Source: Macrostomum lignano | Lineage: Eukaryota | Direction: 5' to 3' | Length of the DNA: 64,000 nt | Assembly: GCA_002269645.1 (NCBI GenBank) | Contig: NIVC01000032.1 | Coordinates: 992,001 to 1,056,000, forward strand | Part shown: positions 49,390 to 62,050 of the stretch, in pieces | Position numbering within the stretch: position 1 is the stretch's first letter | How the letters are laid out: each line of letters starts with the position of its first letter | Program-made: the position numbers and the translations under genes | The notes under the pieces: model-generated | What the model was told of the DNA's origin: nothing | Seen by the model: the letters and a program-made list of their open reading frames with translations, nothing else | Databases searched by the model: none

Positions 49390-49457
49390 CTGTGCGGTGA
49401 TTAACGGGCGGTCAACAGTTAGTATAGGGAGTATAGACCCTCCCAGATCGCTCTAGA

Positions 49458-50782
49458 GTTGCTGGGCCAGCCTCCCAGATCCCCAATTGCTGGGCCAGCC
49501 TCCCAGATCCCCAATTGCTGGGCCAGCCTCCCAGATCCCCAATTGCTGGGCCAGGCTCCCAGATCCCCAATTGCTGGGCCAGGCTCCCAGATCCCCAATT
49601 GCTGGGCCAGCCTCCCAGATCCCCAATTGCTGGGCCAGCCTCCCGGATCCTCAGTTGCTGGGCCAGCCTCCCAGATCCTCAGTAGCTGGGCCAGCCTCCC
49701 AGATCCCCAATTGCTGGGCCAGCCTCCCAGATCCTCAGTAGCTGGGCCAGCCTCCCAGATCCCCAATTGCTGGGCCAGCCTCCCAGATCCTCAGTTGCTG
49801 GGCCAGCCTCCCGGATCCTCAGTTGCTGGGCCAGCCTCCCGGATCCTCAGTTGCTGGGCCAGCCTCCCAGATCCTCAGTAGCTGGGCCAGCCTCCCGGAT
49901 CCTCAGTTGCTGGGCCAGCCTCCCAGATCCTCAGTAGCTGGGCCAGCCTCCCAGATCCTCAGTTGCTGGGCCAGCCTCTCGGATCCTCAGTAGCTGGGCC
50001 AGCCTCCCGGATCCTCAGTTGCTGGGCCAGCCTCCCAGATCCTCAGTAGCTGGGCCAGCCTCCCGGATCCTCAGTTGCTGGGCCAGCCTCCCAGATCCTC
50101 AGTAGCTGGGCCAGCCTCCCAGATCCCCAATTGCTGGGCCAGCCTCCCAGATCCTCAGTTGCTGGGCCAGCCTCCCGGATCCTCAGTTGCTGGGCCAGCC
50201 TCCCAGATCCCCAATTGCTGGGCCAGCCTCCCGGATCCTCAGTTGCTGGGCCAGCCTCCCGGATCCTCAGTTGCTGGGCCAGCCTCCCGGATCCTCAGTA
50301 GCTGGGCCAGCCTCCCGGATCCTCAGTTGCTGAGCCAGCCTCCTGGATCCTCAGTTGCTGGGCCAGCCTCCCAGATCCCCAATTGCTGGGCCAGCCTCCC
50401 AGATCCTCAGTAGCTGGGCCAGCCTCCCGGATCCTCAGTTGCTGGGCCAGCCTCCCAGATCCTCAGTAGCTGGGCCAGCCTCCCGGATCCTCAGTTGCTG
50501 GGCCAGCCTCCCAGATCCTCAGTAGCTGGGCCAGCCTCCCAGATCCTCAGTTGCTGGGCCAGCCTCCCGGATCCTCAGTAACTGGGCCAGCCTCCCGGAT
50601 CCTCAGTTGCTGGGCCAGCCTCCCGGATCCTCAGTTGCTGAGCCAGCCTCCCAGATCCCCAATTGCTGGGCCAGCCTCCCGGATCCTCAGTTGCTGGGCC
50701 AGCCTCCCGGATCCTCAGTTGCTGGGCCAGCCTCCCAGATCCCCAATTGCTGGGCCAGCCTCCCAGATCCCCAATTGCTGGG
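49458..50782. repeat. 28-bp GC-rich minisatellite (gctgggccagcctcccagatcctcagtt)n
   Basis: Directly visible in copine intron 1. Confidence 0.97.
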
Positions 50783-51149
50783 TCAAGTTCAGCCTCTATT
50801 GATCTTTCACAGTACTGCTCTGGGCCATAGACTATAGAGCCAATAAAAAGCCAAGCTCTGACAAAAAACAATGCAACGCAACGCGTGTTCGCCAAAGTTT
50901 TGACATTTTTTAATCCGTCAATCTAGTTTTCTGTCCTGTCCTGATCTGACCTGTTTCCTGTTTCCGGAAAATCTAAACTGTGTTCTCTTTAGATTAAAAA
51001 ATTTAAGATACTTGGTTGGCCTATTTGAATTATCTGCTATATTTTCCTTAAATATAGCTATATGATTGTTTCCCTTCTCTCTTTTTTCTATCTAAAAATC
51101 GAATTTTTCTCGCGCAACGAACAACACAGGGTGAATTTTCTCTCATGAA

Positions 51150-54100
51150 TTCAACTGAGAATCATCACCTCAGAACTCAACTGAGAATCATCACCTCAGA
51201 ACTCAACTGAGAATCATCACCTCAGAACTCAACTGAGAATCATCACCTCAGAACTCAACTGAGAATCATCACCTCAGAACTCAACTGAGAATCATCACCT
51301 CAGAACTCAACTGAGAATCATCACCTCAGAACTCAACTGAGAATCATCACCTCAGAACTCAACTGAGAATCATCACCTCTGAACTCATCTGAGAATCATC
51401 ACCTCAGAACTCAACTGAGAATCATCACCTCAGAACTCAACTGAGAATCATCACCTCAGAACTCAACTGAGAATCATCACCTCAGAACTCATCTGAGAAT
51501 CATCACCTCAGAACTCAACTGAGAATCATCACCTCAGAACTCAACTGAGAATCGCCACCTCAGAACTCAACTGAGAATCATCACTTCAGAACTCAACTGA
51601 GAATCATCACCTCAGAACTCAACTGAGAATCATCACCTCAGGATTCAACTGAGAATCATCACCTCAGAACTCAACTGAGAATCATCACCTCAGAACTCAA
51701 CTGAGAATCATCACCTCAGAACTCAGCTGAGAATCATCACCCCAGGACTCAACTGAGAATCATCACCTCAGAACTGAACTGAGAATCATCACCTCAGGAT
51801 TCAACTGAGAATCGCCACCTCAGAACTCAACTGAGAATCATCACCCCAGGACTCAACTGAGAATCATCACCTCAGAACTGAACTGAGAATAATCACCTCA
51901 GGATTCAACTGAGAATCATCACCTCAGAACTCAACTGAGAATCATCACCTCAGAACTCAACTGAGAATCATCACCTCAGAACTCAACTGAGAATCATCAC
52001 CTCAGAACTCATCTGAGAATCATCACCTCAGAACTCATCTGAGAATCATCACCTCAGAACTCAACTGAGAATCATCACCTCAGAACTCAACTGAGAATCA
52101 TCACCTCAGAACTCAACTGAGAATCATCACCTCAGAACTCAACTGAGAATCATCACCTCAGAACTCATCTGAGAATCATCACCTCAGAACTCAACTGAGA
52201 ATCATCACCTCAGAACTCAACTGAGAATCATCACCTCAGAACTCAACTGAGAATCATCACCTCAGAACTCAACTGAGAATCATCACCTCAGAACTCATCT
52301 GAGAATCATCACCTCAGAACTCAACTGAGAATCATCACCTCAGAACTCAACTGAGAATCATCACCTCAGAACTCAACTGAGAATCATCACCTCAGAACTC
52401 AACTGAGAATCATCACCTCAGGATTCAACTGAGAATCATCACCTCAGAACTCAACTGAGAATCATCACCTCAGAACTCAACTGAGAATCATCACCTCAGA
52501 ACTCAACTGAGAATCATCACCTCAGAACTCAACTGAGAATCATCACCTCAGGATTCAACTGAGAATCATCACCTCAGAACTCAACTGAGAATCATCACCT
52601 CAGAACTCAACTGAGAATCATCACCTCAGAACTCAACTGAGAATCATCACCTCAGAACTCAACTGAGAATCATCACCTCAGGATTCAACTGAGAATCATC
52701 ACCTCAGGATTCAACTGAGAATCATCACCTCAGAACTCAACTGAGAATCATCACCTCAGAACTCATCTGAGAATCATCACCTCAGAACTCAACTGAGAAT
52801 CGCCACCTCAGAACTCAACTGAGAATCATCACCTCAGGATTCAACTGAGAATCATCACCTCAGAACTCAACTGAGAATCATCACCTTAGAACTCAACTGA
52901 GAATCGCCACCTCAGAACTCAACTGAGAATCATCACCTCAGAACTCAACTGAGAATCATCACCTCAGAACTCAACTGAGAATCATCACCTCAGAACTCAA
53001 CTGAGAATCATCACCTCAGGATTCAACTGAGAATCATCACCCCAGGATTCAACTGAGAATCATCACCCCAGAACTCAACTGAGAATCATCACCTCAGAAC
53101 TCAACTGAGAATCATCACCTCAGAACTCAACTGAGAATCATCACCTCAGGATTCAACTGAGAATCATCACCTCAGAACTCAACTGAGAATCATCACCTCA
53201 GAACTCAACTGAGAATCATCACCTCAGGATTCAACTGAGAATCATCACCTCAGAACTCAACTGAGAATCATCACCTCAGGATTCAACTGAGAATCATCAC
53301 CTCAGAACTCAACTGAGAATCATCACCTCAGAACTCAACTGAGAATCATCACCTCAGAACTCATCTGAGAATCATCACCTCAGAACTCATCTGAGAATCA
53401 TCACCTCAGAACTCAACTGAGAATCATCACCTCAGAACTCAACTGAGAATCATCACCTCAGAACTCAACTGAGAATCATCACCTCAGAACTCAACTGAGA
53501 ATCATCACCTCAGAACTCATCTGAGAATCATCACCTCAGAACTCAACTGAGAATCATCACCTCAGAACTCAACTGAGAATCATCACCTCAGAACTCAACT
53601 GAGAATCATCACCTCAGGATTCAACTGAGAATCATCACCTCAGAACTCAACTGAGAATCATCACCTCAGAACTCAACTGAGAATCATCACCTCAGAACTC
53701 AACTGAGAATCATCACCTCAGAACTGAACTGAGAATAATCACCTCAGGATTCAACTGAGAATCATCACCTCAGAACTCAACTGAGAATCATCACCTCAGA
53801 ACTCATCTGAGAATCATCACCTTAGAACTCAACTGAGAATCGCCACCTCAGAACTCAACTGAGAATCATCACCTCAGGATTCAACTGAGAATCATCACCT
53901 CAGAACTCAACTGAGAATCATCACCTCAGAACTCAACTGAGAATCGCCACCTCAGAACTCAACTGAGAATCATCACCTCAGAACTCAACTGAGAATCATC
54001 ACCTCAGAACTCAACTGAGAATCATCACCTCAGAACTCAACTGAGAATCATCACCTCAGAACTCAACTGAGAATCATCACCTCAGGATTCAACTGAGAAT

Positions 54101-54518
54101 CATCACCCCAGGATTCAACTGAGAATCATCACCCAAGAACTCAGCTGAGAATCATCACCCCAGGACTCAACTGAGAATCATCACCCCAGGACTCAACTGA
54201 GAATCATCACCTCAGGATTCAACTGAGAATCATCACCCCAGGACTCAACTGAGAATCATCACCTCAGAACTCAACTGAGAATCATCACCTCAGGATTCAA
54301 CTGAGAATCATCACCCCAGGATTCAACTGAGAATCATCACCCCAGGATTCAACTGAGAATCATCACCCCAGAACTCAGCTGAGAATCATCACCCCAGGAC
54401 TCAACTGAGAATCATCACCCCAGGACTCAACTGAGAATCATCACCTCAGGATTCAACTGAGAATCATCACCCCAGGACTCAACTGAGAATCATCACCCCA
54501 GGACTCAACTGAGAATCG
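51150..54518. repeat. 26-bp satellite (gagaatcatcacctcagaactcaact)n, ~130 units
   Basis: Directly visible; ends ~20 bp from the copine exon 1 donor. Confidence 0.98.
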
Positions 54519-54541
54519 ATTCAGCAGACTCCAACACTCAC

Positions 54542-55159
54542 CTTATGCAACGGTTTCCCGTGAAAAGTCCGTCTACCCTGCCATTCGTTAGACGCCGAAA
54601 AGTCCACAGCAACAATCATATTAAAGGAGTCCAACTGAGTAGCTTTGCAAGCTTCCACAATCTCCTGGAAGGTGCTAAACCGATCCGTGATGGCTTGAAA
54701 CTGTAAAAAGTCGTCGCAGGTGACGCCCAGAGTGGAGAACAAAGCATTATCTGGACGCAATCGTCTATCACTAATTGTTGATTGATTTCTACGATTAACG
54801 CTTCGATTAGACCGGCTGATTTCAGCCTTCTTCTCCTGTTTATGGTCATAGCTCCAATAGAGCAGTACTAGGCCAACAACTGCCGCTAAATATGTCGCTA
54901 AACTCCACGCTGACGATAATTTCAATACAGCCGCACTAATAGCCGCAATGCAAGCGGCTTGCCAAACTAATTTTATTCTAGTTGAACTGCTATTAAATAA
55001 GTTATTGTCGCTAATATGGCCAAGATTTGGAATGGACACCGTTGATTGTTGTTTTTCTGTAGCTGTTTCGGTAGACAACAGATCAGCATGATCGTCAGGA
55101 GCATTGACAGTTGTCATTATCGGAGCTGATGGATATTTTTGATTAACTGAAACATGCAA
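54542..55159 (-). CDS. Copine/RGLG-type vWA protein, first coding exon with N-terminal hydrophobic segments
   Basis: DRFSTFQEIVEACK...MIVAVDFSASNEWQGRRTFHGKPLHK, donor AAG|gtgagt. Start uncertain (ATG at 55159, the Met of PIMTTV, or an acceptor near 55148). Confidence 0.88.
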
Positions 55160-55459
55160 AAAGTTTTTTTTTCAAAATTAGCTAGTTAGTTTTAGTAATG
55201 ATAACAACAAATTCAATAATTAGTTCCGTAGGATCTCTAATAAACAACAAGACTCCATTATATAGTTATTAACACAGCACCTCTTCAGCAAAAAGAATTG
55301 TTATAGCTATCGCGAAAAAATTCAGGGAATTTCACGCTCTCATAGCTTGGCTATCATGATAATATATCTCTACATCTTTTTGCGTTTAATTTTCCACTAG
55401 GAGCAATAATAAAGATTCAATTTTGACATGGATCTCTATATATCCACATAACCTTCGGA

Positions 55460-55887
55460 GCTTGTCTAGGGTCTGGATATGTGCGCAATGATTCACTGAC
55501 TTCACATAACCATCGGATCTGTCTAGGGTCTGGATCTGTGCGCAATGATTCACTGACTTCACATAACCATCGGATTTGTCTAGGGTCTGGATCTGTGCGC
55601 AATGATTCACTGACTTCACATAACCATCGGATCTGTCTAGGGTCTGGATCTGTGCGCAATGATTCACTGACTTCACATAACCATCGGATTTGTCTAGGGT
55701 CTGGATCTGTGCGCAATGATTCACTGACTTCACATAACCATCGGATCTGTCTAGGGTCTGGATCTGTGCGCAATGATTCACTGACTCCACATAACCATCG
55801 GATCTGTCTAGGGTCTGGATCTGTGCGCAATGATTCACTGACTTCACATAACCATCGGATCTGTCTAGGGTCTGGATCTGTGCGCAA
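55460..55887. repeat. 57-bp minisatellite, ~7.5 copies
   Basis: gtctagggtc recurs at 55464, 55521 and onward. Confidence 0.96.
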
Positions 55888-56516
55888 GGAAACAAGACTG
55901 AGCAGGAAAATCTCTGTCCAATACGTATCTATTTAGAAGCCTGTCATATTCTTAAAGCAGAGGCCAGCAAACACTTTAGCTCCGAACTAGATTGGAGGGA
56001 ATAGAGGAAAAAGAAGATAAAAGAGGTGATAGATGAAGGGAGAGAGAAGAGGGGAGACTGGATAGAACAGAGCTGAGAAGAGACAGAAGCCTTGAGGAGC
56101 TGACTGATCGAAATCCTTAAAAAACTCTCAAACTAGTGCTATTCTACGAGCGTACAATAAAAATTGAAATCAACAAGAAAAGCACTTGAAAACATTTTCA
56201 CGCAAACATGCATTTTAAAATTAAAAAATCCACTTACATTTATTGTTTTCAATTAATTAATAAAACTACCTTTATCCGACAAAGGCTTACAGACAAGATA
56301 GAATGCGGGTAGAGCAATTAAAATCCAATTGGACGGAGTAAAATGACTATAAGATAAAAAGGGTGCACTGTCACAAATACATGATTCTGATTCTAGAAAA
56401 ATAACATACAATACATGACGAGCTTGGTCTAGAGTGAATGTTTTAATATTGTCAAAAAATCAATATTTCGAACTTTTGATAGATAGGTCCCCCATTCCAC
56501 TGACTTCTGAGCACAT

Positions 56517-56590
56517 TGTGTACAGCGGCCCTTTGACTTTTCTAAAATCATACGGCATTTACACCCTCACCCTCTGTGCCTTGGGGTTGA
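56517..56590 (-). mobile_element. Fragment of SINE family 2
   Basis: Reverse complement reads ccccaaggcacag...gtgtaaatgcc...aaagggccgctgtacac, matching 1041-1101. Confidence 0.55.
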
Positions 56591-57390
56591 AAGTATTCGA
56601 AAGAAGCAGACAATAAAAAAATCAGAACTTAAAATTGAAACATAAAAATATGAGGAAAAAATAGAAAAAAATGCTATTAGCAAAACAGGTGACAAGAGTC
56701 GAGTCAACTAAATATGTTGAGTAATATTTATAGTTTTTAATAGTGACAATAAAAATGAAAAACTTTGCTACATCTCGGGAGTTTTTTTATTTTAGCCCAA
56801 GTAACACTTCTTGAACTTGCACTCAAGATTTGTTGAATTAGGAGCTGAAATGGATTAAAATGACAATTTTTGTAGACTCGAGAATCCTGTCTAATCTTAA
56901 GTTGTTTTAATTGACAACAATATCAAGTTTTTTAAAATACATTATTTTTTAACGAGGCGAAACATGAAGCACTTTTATATATGAGATATCAAGGGCAATC
57001 AGACATAAAAGTACAATTGTTAATATCCTACGGACTATATAAAACGTATTTCAGACAACAATAATACGATAATACGAATAATACAATAAGCTATAGAAAA
57101 TGCTACTACACTTTAAAATTTACCAACTTGCCAAAAGTGACTTGTCGAAGTAAAAATTATCTGAAAATAAGTTATAATTAAAATTTGATAATGAAGATTT
57201 TAACTACTTTTAGTAGCTTAACTGCAAAAGCATATACTAAAAATATTTGACACAGCGAAATTAGTAGAAAATAGCAAATCAAACTATTTTAAACAAAGGA
57301 AAGCAATAATTTATCTTCTAGGCATGATGCCAACAATTGGGTAACCTGACCCTCCAGATTGCAAACCTACCGATATGTATAGAAAATGAC

Positions 57391-57549
57391 TTACCACTGA
57401 TCAACAGATGCTTCGGGTATTTCGCAGCCGTCAACAATCAGAGCATGCAGCAGCCCAGTACGCTTGTGCCCGCTAGTGATGGCTTTGATGTAGCAGGCGT
57501 GGCCGCTAATGTTGAAGTGAGTCTCTGTGCCATCGTCAGTGAATTCGCC
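57391..57549 (-). CDS. FAIM: Fas apoptotic inhibitory molecule, last exon (GEFTDDGTETHFNISGHACYIKAITSGHKRTGLLHALIVDGCEIPE...)
   Basis: Close match to the FAIM C-terminus; acceptor acgcacag, TAA at 57391. Confidence 0.95.
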   Translation of the reverse strand, partial: GEFTDDGTETHFNISGHACYIKAITSGHKRTGLLHALIVDGCEIPEASVDQW

Positions 57550-57654
57550 CTGTGCGTGTGTGCATTTTTTGACGATTGAGAGACTTCAGTTATGAACTTT
57601 ATATAAATTTGATTGAAGTAGGATGCAGCGAATGACAGTGGTTATTGAAAAACT

Positions 57655-58450
57655 GAATAGGATCTGAGACATGATAGGACAAGACACTCTTGAAGGATCT
57701 GAGACAGGATAGGACAAGACACTCTTGAAGGATCTGAGACAGGATAGGACAAGACAATCGAGGATCTGAGACAGGATAGGACAAGACACTCTTGAAGGAT
57801 CTGAGACAGGATAGGACAAGACAATCGAGGATCTGAGACAGGATAGGACAAGACACTGATGGATCTGAGACACAGGGGGTGTACAGATACTGAAGGATCT
57901 GAGACACAGGGGGTGTACAGATACTGAGGATCTGAGACACAGGGGGGTGTACAGACACTGAAGGATCTGAGATACAGGGGGTGTACAGATACTGAAGATT
58001 CTTAGACACAGGGGGTGTACAAACACTGAAGGATCTGAGACACAGGGGATGTACAGACACTGAAGCATCTGAGACACAGGAGGTGTACAGATACTGAAGG
58101 ATCTGAGACACAGGGGGTGTACAGATACTGAAGGATCTGAGACACAGGGGGTGTACAGACACTGAAGGATCTGAGACACAGGGGGTGTACAGATACTGAA
58201 GATTCTTAGACACAGGGGGTGTACAGATACTGAAGGATCTGAGACACAGGGGTGTACAGATACTGAAGGATCTGAGACACAGGGAGCGTACAGATACTGA
58301 AGGATCTGAGATACAGGGAGTGTACAGATACTGAAGGATCTGAGACACAGGGAGCGTACAGATACTGAAGGATCTGAGACAAAGGGGGTGTACAGATACT
58401 GAAGGATCTGAGACACAGGGGGTGTACAGACACTGAAGGATCTGAGACAC
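57655..58450. repeat. Two adjoining 34-35-bp minisatellites sharing gatctgagaca, filling FAIM intron 2
   Basis: (gatctgagacaggataggacaagacactcttgaag)n then (gatctgagacacagggggtgtacagatactgaag)n. Confidence 0.95.
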
Positions 58451-58474
58451 AAGGGCAGACCCTCAGCAACTCAC

Positions 58475-58747
58475 GGCAGTCTCCACCCGCTTGCTATTAA
58501 CATAGACATCCAAGGTGTCCTTCTCCAGCACAACTCTGGTCATCTTGCCATCCACTGGACACAGCCAACACTTGAGCACCTTGGACTGGTTCTCCGTGAA
58601 CTTTTCCAATGGTTTACCATTGACGTACAAGCAGTATTCGTAAGCAAAACCGCTGACAGCGTCAATTCGAATGACGCAATGAGTGTCTTTGATTTTGAAT
58701 TCCTCTGAGCCAACCAGTTTAAACATGAACTCCTCGCGGCGAATGCA
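58475..58747 (-). CDS. FAIM: FAIM exon 2
   Basis: MFKLVG, IDAVSGFAYEY.L.VNGK, VVLEKDTLDV; 273 nt, phase 0/0, donor GCC|gtgagt. Confidence 0.96.
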
Positions 58748-58804
58748 CTGGATTGCAATTCACATAGGGCGATGAATCTTTTTCAATTAATTCTAGTGAT
58801 ATCG

Positions 58805-60770
58805 CTCGCAAATATCATCCGAGAATCGCTATAAATCTCACCTGAGAATCGCCCTACTCACCGGAGAATCGCCCCAAATCTAACCTAAAAAGCACCCAAA
58901 ATCTCACTCGAGAATCGCCCTAAATCTCGCCGGAGAATCGCCCCAAATCTCACCTGAGAATTCTCAATAAATCTCACCTGAAAATTTCCCTAAATCTCAC
59001 CCGAGAATCGCCTATAAATCTCGCCGGAGAATCGCCCCAAATCTCACCTGAGAATTCTCAATAAATCTCACCTGAAAATTTCCCTAAATCTCACCCGAGA
59101 ATCGCCTATAAATCTCGCCGGAGAATCGCCCCATATCTCATCTGAGAAACACCCTAAATCTCACCCTAGAATCACCTTAAATCTCACTCGGGAATCACAT
59201 ATTAATCTCACCAGAGAATCACCCCAAATCTCACCTGAGAATCGTCAATAAATCTTACCAGAGAATCCCCTATAAATCTCACCGGAGGATTGCCTTAAAT
59301 CTCACCCTAGAATCACCTGAAATCTCACTCGGGAATCACATATTAATCTCACCAGAGAATCACCCCAAATCTCACCTGAGAATCGTCAATAAATCTTACC
59401 AGAGAATCCCCTATAAATCTCACCGGAGGATTGCCTTAAATCTCACCCTAGAATCACCTTAAATCTCACTCGGGAATCACATATTAATCTCACCAGAGAA
59501 TCACCCCAAATCTCACCTGAGAATCGTAAATAAATCTTACCAGAGAATCCCCTATAAATCTCACCGGAGGATTGCCTTAAATCTCACCCTAGAATCACCT
59601 TAAATCTCACTCGGGAATCACATATTAATCTCACCAGAGAATCACCCCAAATCTCACCTGAGAATCGTCAATAAATCTTACCAGAGAATCCCTTATAAAT
59701 CTCACCGGAGGATTGCCTTAAATCTCACCCTAGAATCACCTTAAATCTCACTCGGGAATCACATATTAATCTCACCAGAGAATCACCCCAAATCTCACCT
59801 GAGAATCGTCAATAAATCTTACCAGAGAATCCCTATAAATCTCACCGGAGGATTGCCTTAAATCTCACCCTAGAATCACCTTAAATCTCACTCGGGAATC
59901 ACATATTAATCTCACCAGAGAATCACCCCAAATCTCACCTGAGAATCGTCAATAAATCTTACCAGAGAATCCCCTATAAATCTCACCGGAGGATTGCCTT
60001 AAATCTCACCCTAGAATCACCTGAAATCTCACTCGGGAATCACATATTAATCTCACCAGAGAATCACCCCAAATCTCACCTGAGAATCGTCAATAAATCT
60101 TACCAGAGAATCCCCTATAAATCTCACCGGAGGATTGCCTTAAATCTCACCCTAGAATCACCTGAAATCTCACTCGGGAATCACATATTAATCTCACCAG
60201 AGAATCACCCCAAATCTCACCTGAGAATAGTCAATAAATCTTACCAGAGAATCTCTTATAAATCTCACCGGAGGATTGCCTTAAATCTCACCCTAGAATC
60301 ACCTTAAATCTCACTCGGGAATCACATATTAATCTCACCAGAGAATCACCCCAAATCTCACCTGAGAATCGTCAATAAATCTTACCAGAGAATCTCTTAT
60401 AAATTTCACCGGAGAATCGCCTTAAATCTCACTCGAGAATCACCTTAAATCTCACTCGGGAATCACCTTAAATCTCACCAGAGAATCACCCCAAATCTCA
60501 CCTGAGAATCGTCAATAAATCTTACCAGAGAATCTCTTATAAATCTTACCGGAGGATTGCCTTAAATCTCACCCTAGAATCACCTTAAATCTCACTCGGG
60601 AATCACATATTAATCTCACCAGAGAATCACCCCAAATCTCACCTGAGAATCGTCAATAAATCTTACCAGAGAATCCCCTATAAATCTCACCGGAGAATCG
60701 CCTTAAATCTCACTCGAGAATCGCCCTAAATCCTACTGGAAAATCGCCCCAAATCTCACCCGAGAATCAA
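58805..60770. repeat. 141-bp higher-order repeat of six ~23-24-bp gagaatc/aaatctcac subunits, filling FAIM intron 1
   Basis: Landmark cacatatt at 59196, 59337 and 59478 (period 141). Confidence 0.95.
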
Positions 60771-60854
60771 AGTTTCAACATAGAATCGCTAGACATAAAA
60801 CTCTAAAAATTATTTTTTTCACAAAAACTACCAAATACATATATTGCTACTCAC

Positions 60855-60968
60855 TCGGCCGTTGATAAAGACTGCCCGCCCACCAGTAGTAGTGCCGTGC
60901 TCAAACTCTACAATGTAGACTCCGTCGCTGAGGGGCACCTCCCATCTGGCCACTTTTTCACTTGGCAT
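60855..60968 (-). CDS. FAIM: FAIM first coding exon (MPSEKVARWEVPLSDGVYIVEFEHGTTTGGRAVFINGR)
   Basis: VA.W.V.LSDGV..EFEHGTT.G.R FAIM signature; donor CGA|gtgagt. Model 181 aa. Confidence 0.95.
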
Positions 60969-61118
60969 GCTTTATCCGGTGAAGGCAGCGTAGGGCAGAA
61001 AAAATCAGAATCACTATTTAGGTAATAAAAGATATAAAATTCACTTCTGGTTTAAAAACTTATTGACAGACCATGGCTGACATCTATAATTAGATATGCA
61101 TACATAAGATCGGAGAGC

Positions 61119-62050
61119 ATGACCAATTATGGGGATGCTTATGACTGCTGTGGTATGACTCTTATGACCAATTATGGGGATGCTTATGACTGCTGTTATA
61201 TGACTATTATGACCAATTATGGGGATGCTTATGACCGTTGCGGTTTGACTCTTATGACCAATTATGGGGATGCTTATGACTGCTGTGGTATGACTCTTAT
61301 GACCAATTATGAGGATGCTTATGACTGCTGTGGTATGACTCTTATGACCAATTATGGGGATGCTTATGACTGCTGTGGTATGACTCTTATGACCAATTAT
61401 GAGGATGCTTATGATTGCTGTGGTATGACACTTATGACCAATTATGGGGATGCTTATGACTGCTGTGGTATGACTCTTATGACCAATTATGGGGATGCTT
61501 ATGACTGCTGTGGTATGACTCTTATGACCAATTATGGGGATGCTTATGACTGCTGTGGTATGACTCTTATGACCAATTATGAGGATGCTTATGACTGCTG
61601 TGGTATGACTCTTATGACCAATTATGGGGATGCTTATGACTGCTGTGGTATGACTCTTATGACCAATTATGGGGATGCTTATGACTGCTGTGGTATGACT
61701 CTTATGACCAATTATGAGGATGCTTATGACTGCTGTGGTATGACTCTTATGACCAATTATGAGGATGCTTATGACCGTTGCGGTTTGACTCTTATGACCA
61801 ATTATGAGGATGCTTATGACTGCTGTGGTATGACTCTTATGACCAATTATGAGGATGCTTATGACCGTTGCGGTTTGACTCTTATGACCAATTATGAGGA
61901 TGCTTATGACCGTTGCGGAATGACTCTAATGACCAATTATGAGGATGCTTATGACTGCTCTGGTATGACTATAATGACCAATTATGGGGATGCCTATGAC
62001 CATTGCGGTATGACTCGTTTGACCAATTATGAGGATGCTTATGACCGCTT
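61119..62050. repeat. 45-bp minisatellite (atgaccaattatggggatgcttatgactgctgtggtatgactctt)n, ~20.5 copies
   Basis: Directly visible; stop-free in one plus-strand frame. Confidence 0.97.

Noticed and set aside
42209-58452. ORFs at 42209, 44350, 47929, 47982, 49419-50895, 55386-55936 and 57586-58452
   Set aside because: Tandem-repeat artefacts lying in introns or intergenic arrays.
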